Shown here one piece after another: positions 25,001-38,987 of a stretch of DNA of 64,000 nucleotides; position 1 is the stretch's first letter, and every line of letters starts with the position of its first letter. A program made the translations under genes and the position numbers. Source of the DNA: Paragordius varius. Taxonomy: Eukaryota > Animalia > Nematomorpha. The DNA lies in assembly GCA_964247055.1 (NCBI GenBank), contig OZ176050.1, forward strand, positions 6,448,001 through 6,512,000, given 5' to 3'. The notes under the pieces were generated by a model. It saw only the letters and a list, made by a program, of their open reading frames with translations, made no database searches and was not told where the DNA came from.

Positions 25001-28000
25001 CAGTCAAAGGCACATTAAAATTCTTAGCTACTCCCTGTTTTTCTTCGATTGTCATTGTTGTTGTAACTATTGGATTCTCTCTCGTTATCTTGATGGTTGA
25101 TGGTGGAACGAATATGGGTGCATTAGGATTCAATTTAGACGATTTTAATATGTTTTGAGCTTGTTCCTTAATGACATTTTTGCTTGGTATTAACACGTCT
25201 GCGTTCGTTGTCACTATAATGGTTGTGACTGCTGTCATATTTGGGCCATTCGCATCATTAATTGCTTGTGGTGTCGTAAATAATCCCAAGTTATCAGAAC
25301 TAAGTGAATTGCTCGCGTAAGTTGTAGGCGTGCCATGTTGAACCATAATAGGCATATCAACAAAATTTGCATTCGTACTATAAGCCATGGGATTCATTTG
25401 CATAGGGACTGTAACCATAATCTTTGCAGCAGAAGCAGTAAGGGGAGAGGAGCGCGGAGATTTGAGATCAACGTTATAAACAGTGGTCGGACGTTTTCGA
25501 TTGTCCTATAATTATATATTAATGTAGGTAAACGCTATATAACCATTAAGCTGTGACACAAAAATCAAGAATCATAATAAAAATGTAACAGTTATCGTAG
25601 TTGACCTTTCAAGTAAGTTGCAATTAGCATTTTTTATCATTAATTCATAAATTTAAAAACTGTGATATTCCCTAAAAATTATTGGGGAAAACTTCGGATG
25701 ATATCATTTCCTATTACATCCGTGTAAATAAAATAGGGCGTCGTATTTGTGTATTGGGTAAAACATTGGATATTGTGTTACAAATAAATATTTTTGTATA
25801 CAAGTAATCTTAGTTCCTATGTATATACAGAAAATTATATTGTTATTTTTTAAAATTAAACTTCGCATAATAACACTTTTCTATAAACCTATAAAAACTG
25901 AAATTATCATGCATATTATTATTGGGTAAAATTAAAAAAATTTTACATTTTAAGATTATCGATTTTTAAAATATATTATCGCTTGAAATTGTTTAAAATT
26001 CTTTACTTCAGTGGGGGAAAACTTGTATGGAGGTTTAAAGTGTTTGCCTGCTTGAGCCATGACATAATCATAGGGTTTACGAAAATTGGTTGTGCTTACA
26101 ACAGTTATCGAATGCCTTGAATTTCTACCGTAATGATTGTTAACTGTCCCTATATAAAATTATATATTAGTGTAAAAATATTATTAATAGGAAAAGCATA
26201 CTTATACTTATCTTAGTACTAAATCTCATGCAAGAATAAAATTAACATTTTAATGAATTTTAAATTTTTGATGGATAAGTATGAAATAGCTTTTTCTCGC
26301 TTTATAACTTTATCTATAAATAATGAATGTAGAATGTTGGCCTTAGAGAAATTTTCCCCAAAAAAGGCATTTATAATCCAGGAATACGTATCTGATTTAG
26401 CGGAGATCATCGAGGCATTTTTTCAATTATTCCTTAAGTTCAAACCATCCTGTGTAAAACTAGCGGTTTTTGAAAAACACTTTGTCTCAAAAAAACTCTT
26501 TATAGCATTTTTTTGGAAAATGTAAGAGACCATATCTTATATATAGTTTAAGGCACTGATAAAATATTTAAAAAGTTTCAAATAATACCGACCAAAAAAT
26601 TCAATAAATAATTCAGGACCATTAAAGGACTCTTAGGCTGTTAGTTCCTATGATCCAAGGTTTCTATTTATGAAGATAATTATTTAACCCACCCCCCCTC
26701 CCGTACACAATCCTATGTAAAATAGACTCTACAATAGCATGATTTTGGAAGCATATTATGGTAAATGGGGGCCTCGTAATTCAATTATGGCAATTTTGCG
26801 CTGATCCGGTTATATCTTATGATTTTTTACTGTGAATACGCTCACATTTAGTAAAATATTGGAAGGTGTGCGAGAGTTATTTAAAAATATATCTGAGGGT
26901 TTAGATATTGAATGCAAATAAATTAAATACCGAATTTCGTAATATAATGTCTAAAACATTAAAATAACGGACAATTTAAGATATTTATGATCATTTTGGA
27001 CTATTATTTTGTTTTGTACCTTTTTATCTTTAATTGATTGGATAAAATTAATTTATTAGCCCGATTCACATCCTTTGGACTGTTAATTAACCCTTTTAAC
27101 GTCTTTAGTTTCTAAAAATTTAAGCTAAAGCCGATTTTAGGAAAAAAAATGCAAATAAACCTGAATTTTCTCCAGATTGAAAATTATTATGATTATATAT
27201 TGTTGAGGAGATTGAGGAAGGAGGCGTTCCGGAAGACATGACTTTCATGGGTCTTGATTCTAAATGTATACGGAAATTTTAATAAATAAGGTGCAATATT
27301 TTGCAACTACTTTCATTCTTCAAAATTAATAAGAAATTATTTTTCGTTAAATAGTAATAATTCAAAGAATTAATATAATAAAATATCCGTTAAAAACATA
27401 TTGAAACACACTCAAACTTTTTTTTGTGAGTAAACACTAAAGCTATAATTAAGATGTTAGTTAGATGTATCAATATGCCCCAAAGTATTATCGGTTTTGG
27501 TATGTTAACATTAATTAAAATCAGGATCGTTTTTAGTGTAAAGGTGCCAAATTTTTTGCATCAGCCGGTTCCAAATAAACATTAAAAATATTGATTAATG
27601 TTAGTAAATGGTTTTAATTTTGGCATTATACACACCTACAAATAAAAAACGACATTGCAAACATATACTACTAAAATTAAAATAAGGTTAGCTTATCAAA
27701 AAACCAAATTTATGAACCGTTGGAACCACGGGCGTCCAACACAGATATTTGGCGGGCTGCTTTGATATTTTTTTATTTATTTACTTTAAGCTTAATGTTA
27801 GATAATACATCTTCTGAATAATCGTAAATTTTTGATCGAAATCCACTTCATTATTTTTTAACATTTTTTAACATTTTTTAAAACACTTTTGCGTACCGAA
27901 CATAGGGTGTTGAACACCCCTGATCAAACGCTCTATTTGCACATTTGATTAAAAAATTATTTCTGATTTAATCCCCTAAAAATAAATTAAATAATTGATT

Positions 28001-29309
28001 TTGATTAATAATTAGTATTTTTATGTAATATAAATTTGTTATACTCACTGGCAGAAAAATATATTTGTTTTGAGAAATATTTGATAAATTTTTATTTATA
28101 AACCGATTTTTAAAAGAGTATATTTTTTAATTTAAACAAACTATATAAATTTTTTAAAACGGAGTCAAAAGTTAAAAGAAATACCCGTTACAGCCATTTT
28201 TATATTATTTTTTATGGTCTAATTTGCACAGAATGTTTTATTAATTTCAGGCTAAAATTTTTTGTTGAAATGTGTAATTCTGAATTTCTATTATACCGAT
28301 TAAAAAAATAATCCAATATGTCAAAAAACCTTATTAAATATATATATTTTAGACTCTAGCGAATAATTTTAAAAAATTTCTGAAAAAATGACTAGATAGA
28401 AAAAAGTTAACTATATTTTCTGTCGTTGTATCCAATTGATCCAGAACCACGATAAGTTTTATAGGTACTTAAGCCTGCATTTTTCGACGCATAACGATCC
28501 GATGATGGATAATAAAACGATTTATCATTGTTCATTTTAGAGCTTATGATTGGGTCTGTGGCATTTTTCTCCAATTCCCTTTCCTCATCATCATTTTCAA
28601 GAGCTATACTATATTGATAAGCCTTGTTGCCTTCAATTTCGGCGGCCAATCTACCGGCTTTGGCTTCCATATCTTTAAATTCGGGCGTATCCAATATTTC
28701 TAATTCAGTCGTATACTCCGATAACCTTTCCGAATAGGTCGATGTTAGTCCAAATTCTCGTTCATTAGTTTCAAACATATCCTTAACTTCCCAACCAACT
28801 TTACTGTCACGCTTTGTTTTGTCCGGTGTCAATAAATAATCATCCAAGGCATCATCCGGTACACCATTAATATTATCATCATCATTCCAAAGTGTTAAAT
28901 TTTTTTCTACGGGTTTTTTAGGCCCAGATATTTCTGAATCAATTTTAAATTTGGATTCTTCTCTAAATGCCATGCTTAAATCAATGTTAAGCGCGCTTAT
29001 AAATTCAATGTTAGATATATCATATTCACAAATTTCTTTTTTAGATTTAGAAATTATCATAACATTATAATCCGGGTTAGTAGATATAAATTGCCCCGAT
29101 ACCTTTTCACCATCTTTCATTTGTAATAAAACATGATGACCATGAAAATAAGCAAAATGTTTTAATAAAGTTCCCTTGCTGGTATATTTCAAAAGTGTTC
29201 GCTGGGCATTTTTGTTATCCGAAAGCTCTAAAGTTGATCTAAAATTATTTATCAAATATAACTTGTTTTTTAATACATCATTATATGAAATTTTTTCCTT
29301 AAAATGCAT
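19100..29309 (-). CDS. ATXN2: Ataxin-2 / PAB1-binding protein homologue (LSm, LSmAD, PAM2, long Asn/Pro-rich disordered tail)
   Basis: Exons 29309-28412, 27259-27161, 26149-26007, 25505-24344, 24052-23293, 23024-22787, 22329-22068, 21587-21462, 20987-20760 and 19797-19100 chain with consistent phases (1,1,0,1,2,0,1,1,1). Motifs: LSm (VLLQMKDGEKVSGQF), FKIDSEIS, LSmAD (GWEVKDMFETNEREFGLTSTY...AGRLAAEIEG...ENDDEERE) and PAM2 (SKLNPNAPIFVP, ~25141-25103). Confidence 0.92.
19839..20136. mobile_element. TA-flanked MITE, family copy 2, with a 21-bp subterminal tandem array
   Basis: Same TIR as 8848. Five copies of (t)aagggtgaatttgaattgtt occur at 21-bp period (ggg at 20026, 20047, 20068, 20089, 20110), and about three inverted units occur at the left end. 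It lies in the last ataxin-2 intron. Confidence 0.8.
21143..21222 (-). pseudogene. Degenerate tRNA-Lys(CTT)-derived sequence / SINE head
   Basis: GGCGTGATGGTATGGTAGGTAGGGCGCCGGACTCTTA resembles tRNA-Lys GGTAGAGC..GACTCTTAA. It is followed by a B-box-like GAGTTCGAA, a partial acceptor-stem complement CTACGC and a T run. The T-stem does not pair. Confidence 0.55.
21648..21904. mobile_element. TA-flanked MITE, family copy 3
   Basis: Ends TACCATTTACAATTCAAAC and GGGTGAATTTGAATTGTTCAAGGGTGA...GTAAATGGTA match the family. It lies in an ataxin-2 intron. Confidence 0.7.
27727..27922. mobile_element. hAT-family MITE relic
   Basis: Ends cacgggcgtccaacac and gtgttgaacacccctg. Related single ends occur at ~15235-15267, ~32800-32865 and ~39078. 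Confidence 0.55.
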
Positions 29310-29797
29310 TAGCTTTCGAAAAATAAATAGAAAAGTATGATATAGATAAACAAGCTAGTTTTGGAACAGGTGTTTAATATTTAGATTCGTAAATTTAGAT
29401 TATTTTTTAAGGTTTATATTTTAAATTTTTATCCTGGATGAAAAGATAAATTATAGACTACTTTTTAGGATTTTTTACTATAATTTGGAATATTAAATAA
29501 TTGTTTTGATATAAAAATATGATAAAAAAGGTACCTCCTGATCTTGTCATAAATAATGCTTTTCATAGCCAATTATGAAAGTGAGTCTAGTTCTAAATGA
29601 CTCGTTTTGTTATACAAACGGTTCTCATATATAACAATCTGAAATCTATAAGCGTCGTGTGACAATTACACATATTTGCGAAGCGGTTTAATAATACAAA
29701 AGTGTATGTTAAATTTGAATAATATTATTTTTAGTAGTTTACCCCATCAGATACCTTAAAAAGTATATAGATTATCGGGCCAATTCAACTTCAATTA

Positions 29798-30342
29798 AAA
29801 TTGGGGTATTTACATACCCCAGACTAAATTTGAGTTAGGATTTTTATAAAACTACTGAAGGAAACGGTCCCAATTTAAATTTATGCTTCCATCCTAATAA
29901 AAATTATATAAATATGCCAAAATATCTAAATAAAATTTTGTTTTGAAAAAAATGTTCCATGTCAAAATACTTCGACGCCATTTTTATTTTACAAAATTTT
30001 TGCAAAATATCGTCTTCATTTAATTTTAAGCTAATTTTTTATTTAAATTACATCTAACATTGATAGAAAAAGAAAACCTCTTTATTTTGTATTATTTTTT
30101 AATTTTACCATTGCACATATGTCACGTTGACTAAATTTTATCTTTCGGTTTTAGCTTAAAATATGTAATATCAAGTATTTTTGAATAATTTTTATATATT
30201 CGGTTAATTAATGTTTTATAAGGCCAAATGGTTTTGATTCCTTCCATATTTTTAAAAGAATTCAATTTTAAACAGGCGTGGGGTATTTAACAACCCCAAT
30301 TTGAATCGAAGGACTAAAATGAATGTGTTGTATCCAAGTCTT
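29798..30342. mobile_element. Interspersed ~540-bp repeat, copy A (Helentron-associated/DINE-like architecture)
   Basis: Aligns along its length with 39361-39900. It has a 5' aaattggggtat plus an adjacent hairpin (ggggtat-ttac-atacccc), a sub-terminal accccaatttgaa and a shared ~40-bp 3' extension ending in TT. Confidence 0.65.
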
Positions 30343-30419
30343 AAAAATATGCATCTTTTAATCTTTTGCCCATGATTCAATTTTTTTAAAAAAAACAAAT
30401 CTTGACAAAATGATAAATA

Positions 30420-30763
30420 CGGAAAACAAAATAATTAAAGCTTGCTGTCCTGACTACAATATTCATCTTAAACACAAAAATGACACAGTAGAAAAGTTTA
30501 TACAAAGAAGCAGGCTTAAATACTTGGGTCACATTGAAAGAAGACAAACCGACCACCCACTCCAAACCATTTAACACATTCAACCCTTTGGAAACAACCG
30601 CAAAGGGCGCCCAACACATTCCTGGAGCGACAACATTAAAAATGACATAAAAATACTAAACCTCGAAATTACCAAATGTCTAGATAAAGACCTTTGGAAT
30701 AAGACCGTTCACGTAAATCTTCAAACATGAAGTCAAAAAGCTATCAGGTATCAGTATCAAGTA
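30420..30763 (+). mobile_element. 5'-truncated RTE-clade LINE 3' end
   Basis: Translates as RSRLKYLGHIERR..*..GRPTHSWSDNIKND...DKDLWNKTVH*, the typical C-terminus of RTE ORF2 (RLRWxGHxxR...GRPxxxWxDxI). It ends in a short tandem tail tatcagg-tatcag-tatcaag. Confidence 0.8.
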
Positions 30764-31372
30764 AAAAAACCTCATTCAAACTTTTGTGCTATTTTTTCTT
30801 TAAAAATTACTAAAAAGCTTTCATATTATATTTTATCAGAAAAGTTAATATATTTTATAGATTTCAAAACCATTTAATTGTTTCAATCGAATATAAGGCT
30901 ATATAATTTAGTCCATAAGTCATAACACTGCCAAAAATATGGCCTTTTTATAAAAAAACAATGTTGGGTAATTACTTTATACGAAAACTTTATTGATGTA
31001 GTTTTATACCCAATTGGGGAAAATTTATAAATCTTTCTGCTTTTTAGGCCGACGATATAAATAAAATTTGATGTAAAGTTGTAAAACATCTCAAACTTTT
31101 TCCTGCCATTTTTGTCTTTATTTTTAAACCAACACGCAAATAATTGTATATATTATGGTAAAAAATAATAATAATTAACAATGAAAATCTTTTAGATTAC
31201 AATTTACTAGTAAAATGATATTTGATTTTAATATCGGATGTTTGTTTCAATCGTGTTTCGGAGCTATCTGAATTTGGGACTCTCCAACTGTAATATTCTA
31301 AGTTTTTTACTTAATCCAAGAAAAGAGGGTGCCGAAAAGTTTTAAACAAAACGATTTTCAAAATAATTGTAT

Positions 31373-31807
31373 ACTTTAAGCTCTGGGGTCAAAAACTACC
31401 ATAAAATGCGATCACGCATAAAAAGTTAAAAATGCAAATAAGTGTCAAAAACATTTTATTGCAAGTTTGAGCTCTGTACTAAAAAACTAACCGGGAACGA
31501 ATCTTCTGCAAAATAAACGGAAACGCTAAAGATGTTTTAATTTAAATTGCGGTAATTTTAATTATGTAGATAAAATATGTTATTTCCCTTAGTCTTTTTA
31601 TTCGGATTTCAGCATGTTTCTACTAAGTTTTCCGGAAAATATTTGCTAATAAAGATGATATTCCGTCAAATTTAAAATATGTATATTAATTAAAAAATTA
31701 ATAATAATAACATATTTTTTCCCCCATTTTTCCATTTTTCATAAATATTACATTTTCATTTTTTTGTGCACGATGACATTTGAAATATTTACCCCAGAGC
31801 TTAAAGT
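31373..31807. mobile_element. MITE-like element with perfect 17-bp TIR
   Basis: ACTTTAAGCTCTGGGGT (31373-31389) and ACCCCAGAGCTTAAAGT (31791-31807) are exact reverse complements. Confidence 0.65.
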
Positions 31808-32949
31808 CTTTAACAAATTTTTGTGTTGAAAGTTAGTTAAAATCTAATTATCAAACCCTGTTCTCCATTAAAGAAACATTTAATATTCTTTCCTTTTATA
31901 GTGACGAATAGGGATAGGTTCACCATAAGTCTACAAGGACTAACTCAAAGGTGTAAGGACACTTTTGGAGTGCAAATGGTTATATAGCAATTTAGAATTG
32001 CATTTAAGCAAAAATAAATTGATATAATCAGAAATAAACCTAAAACTTTATATTAATAATAAATTTTGGCTGAAATGTAAGTTATGTTTGAATTTTTGAA
32101 CTATGTGGAATGTAAAATTCACATAAAAATATATTATTTTTGAAAACAGTGTCTCAGTATAGTTTTTAATTCCATATTTATCTGTGGTATATAACAATAT
32201 TTGATCCTTCTGGATCATAGTGCTCATACTTAATAATAATAAAAAGCTCTTATTTAATACTTGTAGAGCGCTTGAAGCATGAGACAACCTACATCCTTTA
32301 CTTGGTAAGCCAGCTTTTTGGATTAACTAATAAAAAATATTTGATCCTAAAACTTTCCGGAAACTCAAATTTTATTGATATTTTTATTTAAATTTTAATA
32401 TTTGAATTTTTAATATTATATTGTGGGGACAGGTATATTTCAAGTGTGTTGGGGTCAGTCGACCTTGCCATATTTCTAGTATTTTATGAAAAAGGAGCAT
32501 ATAATATTTCTTGCTTAAGGTGAAGATAAGCTGTGTATGATTCAATAGAAGAATCAACTGTTATTTTTCTAAGAAGGGAGGGATATGGTTGTATAAGGGG
32601 TGTCTTGCAGGCGGCCTTCCGAGTTTTGTACACCCCATGTAAATTAATCAAAATATGCATTTCCATAATTTCCTATGCTATTCACAATGACATTCGAATC
32701 TGACTACTATTAAAATTTTGTCAACGAAGTCACAAAAATTGGTGTAATATATAGTGGAAACATAAAATATATATTAATTTTCGTAAATTTCTCGAATACC
32801 GACCGCCCGCCAATTTTTTTAGTCGAAAATATTGCCCGCGATCCGATTTGTGTTAGACGCCCGTGGTTTAAATAATCGTTAGAAAAGTGTAATTATCTAG
32901 AAATCTGTGTTATATGCAAGTTAATACTAAAAAATATAACAATCAATAG

Positions 32950-35900
32950 ATGAAATTAAATTAGTTTACCCTATGTGTAAAAATAATAAAGAATGTTTTC
33001 ACATTATTAATACTTTTTGTTCTGTATTCGGCCATTGCCAATGTAAGTTAGGATATGAATGGAATCGAAATCACACATCTTGTCAAGGTATATATATATA
33101 TAGATTGATATTTTATTTAATCTACTCCATTTTTTGGAGGAGTTTTTAATATTTTAAGTTATTTAAATGAAATACCGTCCGTTCTTTTCACAAACAAAAA
33201 TACTTATTTTACTTTACGCATGATTGTGATTTAATCAAAATGATGTTTAAAAAAAGTTGTGCAATAATCGGAAAGAATTAACCAACTCTTCGTTTTATTA
33301 TCCGTGTTGTCATCCTGAAATGTTAAATTTAATTTATTACCAACATTAAAGCACTTCTATTAAATGATATAGAGAGGGTGTTACAAGAGTGGTTCTACTC
33401 GATAGAAAATTTTGAAAAGCGCCGAATAATTTTGATTTTAAAGGCAAATACCCAGGGATATAGTATATTACGTTTTCTTCGAGCATTTATAAATATTTTT
33501 TTTTTAGAATAGAGAATTTGAATAAGCCTAAAAAAATTCTATTAAAATCTTTTTGGATCGAGGGGAGAACCAGAACATAGAAGATATTTTGAAAAGTAAC
33601 TCTAGTAAGATCTGTGCATCTATGGGGTTCTGTATTATTGGTCTGGTTTATATGGGCAGTTTTTACATAGGGAGTATCAGGTTATACTCAGCGCTATTTT
33701 AATGTAAGCTCGGTATTCGCATTTGGAAATATTGGACCATGATTTATAGTTCCATTTGTTTACAACAATTGCTTTAAAAATATTTGAAACTTATTTTCTA
33801 TAAAAAAAACCTTTTCCACTAGGGTAGGGGTAAACACAAGGGATAATATCAAAAAATGCTCCGAGTATGATCGTCATCCAAAAATAAATAAAATATGTCT
33901 GTTATATGATTTAAACGCTACATGCTCCCGAAAAACCTAAAAGCCAACATCATAATATTCATTATTGTATAGAATATAAAATGTTAAAAACGAAATTATT
34001 TTTAATATTTTTCATATAAATTAATTACATCGAACGGACGCATATATTGAAAAACACCGGAAGACCGAATTTTAAAGATTATTACTTTTAACAAAAACCT
34101 CGTTAGATCGTAAACAATTCTGATTTAACCAACCTTAGTTTATATCAGAAAAGGAACCTGTTTCAATGTATTGGTCATAAATTTTGATATAACATCGAAA
34201 CGTACGTGTAAGATATCCTTTATAACATCTTTTCCGGACATTTATTATATATATTAACTGTCGTTTAACAGGGCTATACTCCTCGAGACATTCGGAACAA
34301 AACTGTTGAAAAAATATTTAGGTAATTATGATTATAATTATATTTATTAAGCACACACTCATTTGTTCTCCCACCAAATAACACTAATAAATTATATTTG
34401 AAGGTGTATTTAGAGCTCTACAATCTTTTAATAGCTATGTTTTAATGACAATTATATTTCGAATAATATCTATAAAGCATCTTTTTTACATTTCTTTAAA
34501 TATATAATTTATGGAATTAATTTTAAATAAATAAAAGTTATTTATAGTTTCAAAAAAGATTTGTACAAATATGCTCGTAAATTTAATTGAATATTGTGTT
34601 ATATCGAGAAAATGAATAAATTATTCATCCGTTTCGTTTAAAGACAGATTCATGACATTTAGGTAAAAAGATTGATCTTAGGAACCGGTATTAAAACATG
34701 TTTTCCACCCAAATAGGGATTCGTAATCAAATTGAATTACATTTACTTTATAAAGAGGACCTGTGAATTTCTAAAGCTGTACCTATTCCAATAACTCTGT
34801 TCTATTTATTTTAGCAAAATAATAGATTTTTATTTGTGTCATTTAGATACTAATGATTGCCTCTCATCGAAAACTAATAATTGTGATCAACATGCAATAT
34901 GTATAAACCAATTACCAGGTTATACGTGTAAATGCTATGAAGGTTATTATGGATCCGGATACAAAAATAATTGTCATAGTATAACCTACTTTTAATTTGT
35001 TTTTTAACCGTTGCATTTCCACTATGTTTTGAAACTTTTGAGTTTACCTAAAATTAAAGATTTATTTATTTTCTGATTATCTGATATGGTAATTATTCGT
35101 CCTTTATGGTATTATCTAATTTATGAATGCATACAACACCGAGACCTCTTTCAATAAGAACAGTTAAAACACTTGTGCGTATTTTGTTATTTAAACTATA
35201 AAATAGGATAAAGTTATTTTTATGTGTTAAAATGTAAGATTTAAATTTTTAATTTATGTCAGTTTTTTCCCCTATTAGATACGAATATAACATCAATTTC
35301 CAAAATTTTCGATACATGGTAGTTTCTTTTTCAATGGATTAACAAAAATTAAAAGAAAATAATAATCATAAAATATAATTAAAACAAAATTTGAACAAAA
35401 TTTATAAATTTTGATAAACACAAAAAATGTAAAGTGTGATGTCCATGTGGTTTCCTTTATTGTTTTTTTCTTGGAGTGGTAAATATTTATCTGTTCTTTT
35501 TAAGAAGTCTTTAGTAACCTTGTTAAGTTCTTTTCTTTCATCTGTTGATAAGGTGATACTGTTTGAACGGATGAAACAAGCCTCCAAAATTAACCTGTCG
35601 GATTTGTCGGCTTGTGCTAAAATGGATGCTGGGGCAAAGGTTGGCCTGTGTTCTTGCAATGGTCGTAGAGGGCCGAACCTTATCTATTGTGCTCTTTCTC
35701 TAACTTAAAGGGCGTTTAAATTGTCCAATATAGTGCGCTGGACAATCATTACATTTTTTATGGTACACCGTACATCCGTTTTTAGGTTCTCAGCGTGGTC
35801 TTAACAAACTCAAAAATTCTTTGGTGGTTTGTAATAAACACGCACATCTTTTTGTTATAATTCTGTCAATTTTTAAGCCGACAAATTATCCGACAGGTTA

Positions 35901-37758
35901 ATTTAAGAGGCTTGTTTCATCCATTCAAATAGTATCCACATTATCAGAAGAGAGGAGAGAACAGAATTTAACAAGGTCACTATTGTCTTCTTAAAAGGAG
36001 CAGATTATTTTAAAATATTTACCAATCCAAGAAAAAAAATAAAGAGAAACCACGTGGACATCACACTTTACATTTTTTATTTTTATCATAATTAATAATT
36101 ATTTTTCAAATTTTGTTTCAATTATAGTTTATCATTATTATTTTCTTTTTTTAGTTAATCTATTGAAAATACTGCTATGTATTGCAAATTTTGGATATAG
36201 TTCAATTTAATAAATTTTACAAGAATTCAAATTATTATTTTAACACAAAATATTCGTTCTCATTGTCAATATAAATACAATTTGTTTTATATTAAATTGA
36301 CTGAATAACTCTATACATAAACCAGACTGTAAGTTATTATCATTATCACACAAAAACGTTAGGCTGGCTAACATTACAGTTTAGTTTATAGTTAATTCAA
36401 ATGGATAAATTTTATACGGTATTTTCAATATAATTTAATTTTTAACTTAGCTAAAATATTATTTATTAGAAGAACAATTTCGTATTTTAAGTATATAAAA
36501 ATACTATTGAGATCGATTTCGTATTTGAGGGGGTTCGTTTAAAACTTTAAAATATTTTTTTACCGCCAGCCAAAAAAGTGAATTAACCTGTATATTTGAG
36601 TATGAATTTCATTATTAAAAATTGCAAATAACGCAATTGGTCCTACATTATGACCATAAATATTTAGTTTAATCCATGTTAGATATTTGTTGTTTATTTA
36701 TAGGTGTCATAACACTCGTTATAATAACAGTATCAATCATCTTATTATGTTTGTTTATATGCATATTATGCTTGTTGTTGATTTTGAAAAAAACAACTCA
36801 CAACACACGTGCCAAACGAAGTAATTTTTTATTTAATGTACCTATAAATTTTGAAACATCAATTTACAGTGTAGCTGTATATACATTCTCTCATAAATTA
36901 TTGCCAGGTAGCCACAAAGTTTATTGGCTTATTTAAGCCGATCATACTTTTTGCTGTAAATGCTATATCTCTCAATAATTATGTAAAGACTAAAAATATA
37001 TAATCGCCTGATGAAATTATTTTTTGAGTATATTTCACCCAATTGAATACAAAAATTTTTTTCAATTTGGCCCAAATAATATAAGGAGTAGACCCTACTT
37101 TTATGATCTTTATATAGTTATTAAGTGTGTCAAAATTTTAGTCATGGTTTTCTTATTTCGAATTTTTGGATAGGCATATCATCCGAGGTAACGATACCTT
37201 AAGGGACTTGAAAAACTGATTTTAAGTAGTCAGCTGTTTTGAAGAAATTGAAAATTGCAAAATAAAAATTTGTAAACTATTAATATAATTTTGTTTCAAA
37301 AAGGTTCTATATTTTCAATGTCAAACAATGAAAATGCAAAAAAAGCAGATTTTACCGAATAATAAATTTTAAACTGGCTGCTCAAATTATATATTATAAC
37401 CATATGATTAATCCGTTCGGTACCTATATTAAAAGTAGTGTTTTGAGGTCAAATTTAGAGTAAATAACACTTAAAAAAGGCTTCATAATTATATAAAATA
37501 AGTTTTAAAATGTGATTTTAAATAACATTTTTATATCTCCATCTCAGGTACCATTCGCATTTAGCACATGTTTCATATAAATAATTAACGTGGGAAAAAC
37601 TAAGCTTTTTTAACAAAATATTTAATTTAATTTTTTACATTTTAATGACCATAAAAAACACAAAATACAATAATGTAATATTCATTATATCTCAAAAAAT
37701 CTGCGCAATTTTATCGCTTGGTTCAAAAATACTAAAGCTTACACAATATTTATATTTA

Positions 37759-37790
<32 letters not shown>

Positions 37791-38987
37791 ACAAGCATCT
37801 ATTAATTTGCAAGGTTTTAGTCATTTTAAAATAAAAATATGGTAACGGAAAGGTTACAAAAACAGTTGACTGTTTAAATCAGTTTGATATTTAACTTATA
37901 TAGGTGACCCCCACAAATTTAACCGAATTCACGAAAATTAGAAAAACTACTTTTTCGAAAACATATTTGGCATAGGATACATATTAGATTCTTAAAAAAT
38001 ATCTATTTTAAGGAAACATCCCGGCTATTCAGGAAAAGATACCATCTTCTCCAAAACACACAATTAAATCTAACCACACCCTTTTACAAAAAAATATTGA
38101 CAAACCTCCTCATTCTATAAAGTATATTACAAATAATACCATATTTGATTGGAATATTTATTACCAATTATTTAAATTAGAGGGATTCATCTCTATTGTT
38201 CAGAAGATATTGCTTCATTTTATTGGCGAGACTACCAGGCCTATGATGGTATGGATAAAATTGATTAACTTTAATTGCGTATTTTTAAATTAGGTATTTC
38301 CACATTTTATATTTATTGTCTTAAATTAACTTACCATCCCATTTTATAATCGGTCAAACCAATTATCAGATGAATCATCCAAAGTGAAGTTCCTAAAATT
38401 TTAAATTCTGTTAACCCTATTGTGTAGTTGACAAATAATATTAATGACTGTTTTTAGAATATTATAAAATAAATTAAATGATTTTGAAGTAAAGACACAT
38501 AGGATACATATAATTTATTTATTCAAATAGAATAAAATGGCCTTTTTTAGATCTCAGTGCATATACAAACGTTACCAATTATACCAAACCTTACGCTTCT
38601 GAAATAGCAAATGAAAAGACCGATGACACCAATTTGTTGGACATAGACGAAAAACAAGATAATTTCAATAAAGATGAACAATTGGACCAAAACGAAAATA
38701 TTAACGAAGAAAACGTGGTTCTGGATGATAAAACAATGTTATTGGATATTGAAACCGTAATGATTGATGAGGATGATATGGTTAAAGAGCAAGAACACGG
38801 AGATGAAGTTAATTTTTTCTTAAATTTTCATAATAATATTTAGGAAAAATCGATTGGTGATGATAAAAATTATATGTCATTGAGTAAAATAAAAAATCAT
38901 ACCTGTTGTGGATGTCAAAACAAGGATACTTTACCATCAATGTTTGTTGAAGAATATTTTGATAAAGATATCTTATTTTTGCAATAA
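32950..38987 (+). CDS. Single-pass membrane protein with EB-like module, calcium-binding EGF domain, TM helix and acidic cytoplasmic tail (5' exons not identified)
   Basis: In-phase exons: 32950-33087 (CKNNKEC...CSVFGHCQCKLGYEWNRNHTSCQ), 34847-34978 (DTNDCLSSKTNNCDQHAICINQLPGYTCKCYEGYYG), 36704-36820 (VITLVIITVSIILLCLFICILCLLLILKK), 38013-38121, 38181-38248, 38551-38807 and 38844-38987 (stop). Confidence 0.75.
34040..34310 (+). mobile_element. Possible highly decayed Penelope-like RT fragment
   Basis: A GC-richer patch within an intron contains GYTPRDIRNK, reminiscent of the NGYP motif of Penelope RT C-termini. The frames are broken. Confidence 0.25.
35297..36198 (-). mobile_element. Penelope-like element remnant (GIY-YIG end) with inverted pseudo-LTR
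   Basis: The minus strand gives VYHKKCNDCPAHYIGQFKRPL (~35780-35709), SALYDHCKNTG and ILAQADKSDRLILEACFI, which are GIY-YIG endonuclease motifs. 35297-35613 and 35875-36198 are diverged inverted copies, an arrangement typical of Penelope insertions. Confidence 0.8.

Noticed and set aside
27727-32865. One large hAT element capturing ataxin-2 exon 1
   Set aside because: The two ends are inverted, but the flanks (GTTGGAAC versus GTTTAAAT) are not a TSD and the left end has its own partner at 27922.
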